NCBI RefSeq assembly: GCF_902459465.1
Contig: NC_047080.1
Coordinates: 11,222,001 to 11,286,000 of the forward strand
Origin: Asterias rubens
Lineage: Eukaryota
Reading direction: 5' to 3'
Length of the DNA: 64,000 bases
Part shown: positions 62,615 through 64,000 of the stretch, piece by piece
How the letters are laid out: the number at the start of each line of letters is the position of its first letter
How positions within the stretch are numbered: position 1 is the first letter of the stretch
Position numbers and translations under genes: made by a program
The notes under the pieces: model-generated
The model's input: only the letters and a program-made list of their open reading frames with translations
Databases searched by the model: none
Told to the model about the DNA's origin: nothing

Positions 62615-62969
62615 GTTTGGTAATTACGCAAAACAGATATTCACTTAAAAACTGACTTGGCAACAAGCATTGAAGAGCTGTTGATAGTATAAAACATTGT
62701 GGGAAACGACTCCCTCTAAAGTAACGTAATTTTTGAGAAAGGGGTAATTTCTCACTAAAATAATATAAGACTTCTAACTAGACGTCTTTTATTCCTATCT
62801 GAAAGCACACAAATTCGTCTAACAAGGGTGTTTTTCTTTCATCATTTTCTCGCGACTTCGATGACTAATTGAGCCCAAATTTTCACAGGCTTGTTATTTT
62901 ATGGTTATGATGGGATACACCACGTGAGAACACTTGTCTTTGACAATTACCAAACGTGTACAGTGTCTT
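62615..62969 (+). mobile_element. Family A MITE (diverged subfamily)
   Basis: ggtaattac..gagctgttgatagtataaaacattgtg..gacaattaccaaacgtgtacagtgtct. Confidence 0.8.
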
Positions 62970-64000
62970 CAAGAGCAAACATTTCCATCAGTTTAAGGGC
63001 CATGTCACACAAGGCAACCAGTTCCAGGCAATCTCCAAGAAAAAAAAGCCATTCACATTTGATTGTTCACATGTTATTCTTGATGATCGTAAAACATTGT
63101 TCGAAAAAAAATATATACATGTGCTACCAAAGTGGTCATGTAGAATGCACTGCAGTTGATTGCCTCCAAGTTGCCTGTAAAAGTTGCCTCGTGTGACGAC
63201 AAGGGCCTTACAATAAAATTATCGTACCTACAATAAAATACACCCTACGGTCATTTGATGTTTTCACCTGATTCTCTCCCACGCAATATAGACGTCTCTG
63301 ATTGCGCGGTGAATATTTTTGGCGGGCTTCAAAGTGAAATGTGCCGGTGCCGCAAAGTAATCTATGCTGCTGCTTCTGTTTTGCTTCAGTTTATTGAATT
63401 AACATCCCTAAACAACAAACCCGACTTTCAAATGTTGCGAACCTTTACATACTGCATGCATGATTGGAAAATGCCATTCGGTCTTTTGAGGGGGGGGGGG
63501 GGGGGCTGGAAGGGGTAGGAATACACTTGTTGGTTAAGTTTAATATTAATTTTTGAGTACATTTATCGGTCCATTTGCAACAGCTAATTGTTTATTTTCT
63601 CAAAAAAATTAAAACATACACCTTTAAGCAAAACTGAATAACTTGTCGATCATGGTGAATGACATCACAATTTTAGGACGCTGTTATTTTACCCAGTTCG
63701 TCCCTCTCCTTTACATGTAGCCGCAAAATAGGTAGCAACTCCCTCAAGTTTCATAGAAGAATTTAAAGAGCGGGTCCTGCGAAAACTATCTTTGAAATGT
63801 TAACGAACCCCTTAATTTATTGATAATCTTTCCTTTTACTTATCGAAGAGCCAGCAATGATTTGCAATCCTTCCCGGGGCCATAAAGATCGTGGTGATCA
63901 GGTAGTTTTCAAATGGAGGGGATGAGCTAAAGAAGACTATAAAAAAGATCGAGTATAATCTAGCCGTTGGGCATGAGCCGAATTTTTATCGCGCAGTTCC

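Noticed and set aside
17491-64000. BarH/other homeobox exon inside the window
   Set aside because: No WxQNRR or other homeodomain signature found by eye on either strand or in the ORF track; the target gene is inferred only.

Overview
AT-rich animal genomic DNA with GT-AG spliced genes. The repeat families suggest an invertebrate deuterostome, probably an echinoderm; this cannot be confirmed from the sequence alone. There are two protein-coding genes, both on the + strand. (1) The last seven coding exons of a TTF1-like Myb-domain gene (324-5892; 5' part lies outside the window). (2) A complete DDX31/Dbp7 DEAD-box helicase gene: 16 coding exons, 2187 nt, 728 aa, ATG at 7722, stop at 58497. Fifteen DDX31 exons lie within 10 kb (introns 121-1716 bp), then a 40,851-bp last intron (17487-58337) precedes a terminal exon encoding the conserved AEYSSG motif. 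That intron has no recognisable gene. It alternates TE-poor, motif-dense islands (Sox, ETS, TCF, E-box, homeodomain and CTCF-like sites) with MITEs, SINEs and minisatellites. This is the architecture of a genomic regulatory block with DDX31 as bystander; by analogy with the human TTF1-CFAP77-BARHL1-DDX31 locus, a BarH-like homeobox gene is predicted just beyond the window. Other notable items: a candidate recursive-splice site in the giant intron, decayed minimal hammerhead ribozymes in Penelope-like short repeats, a CAGG-ended MITE with 6-bp target duplications, and nested transposon insertions. Most ORFs in the supplied track are spurious.
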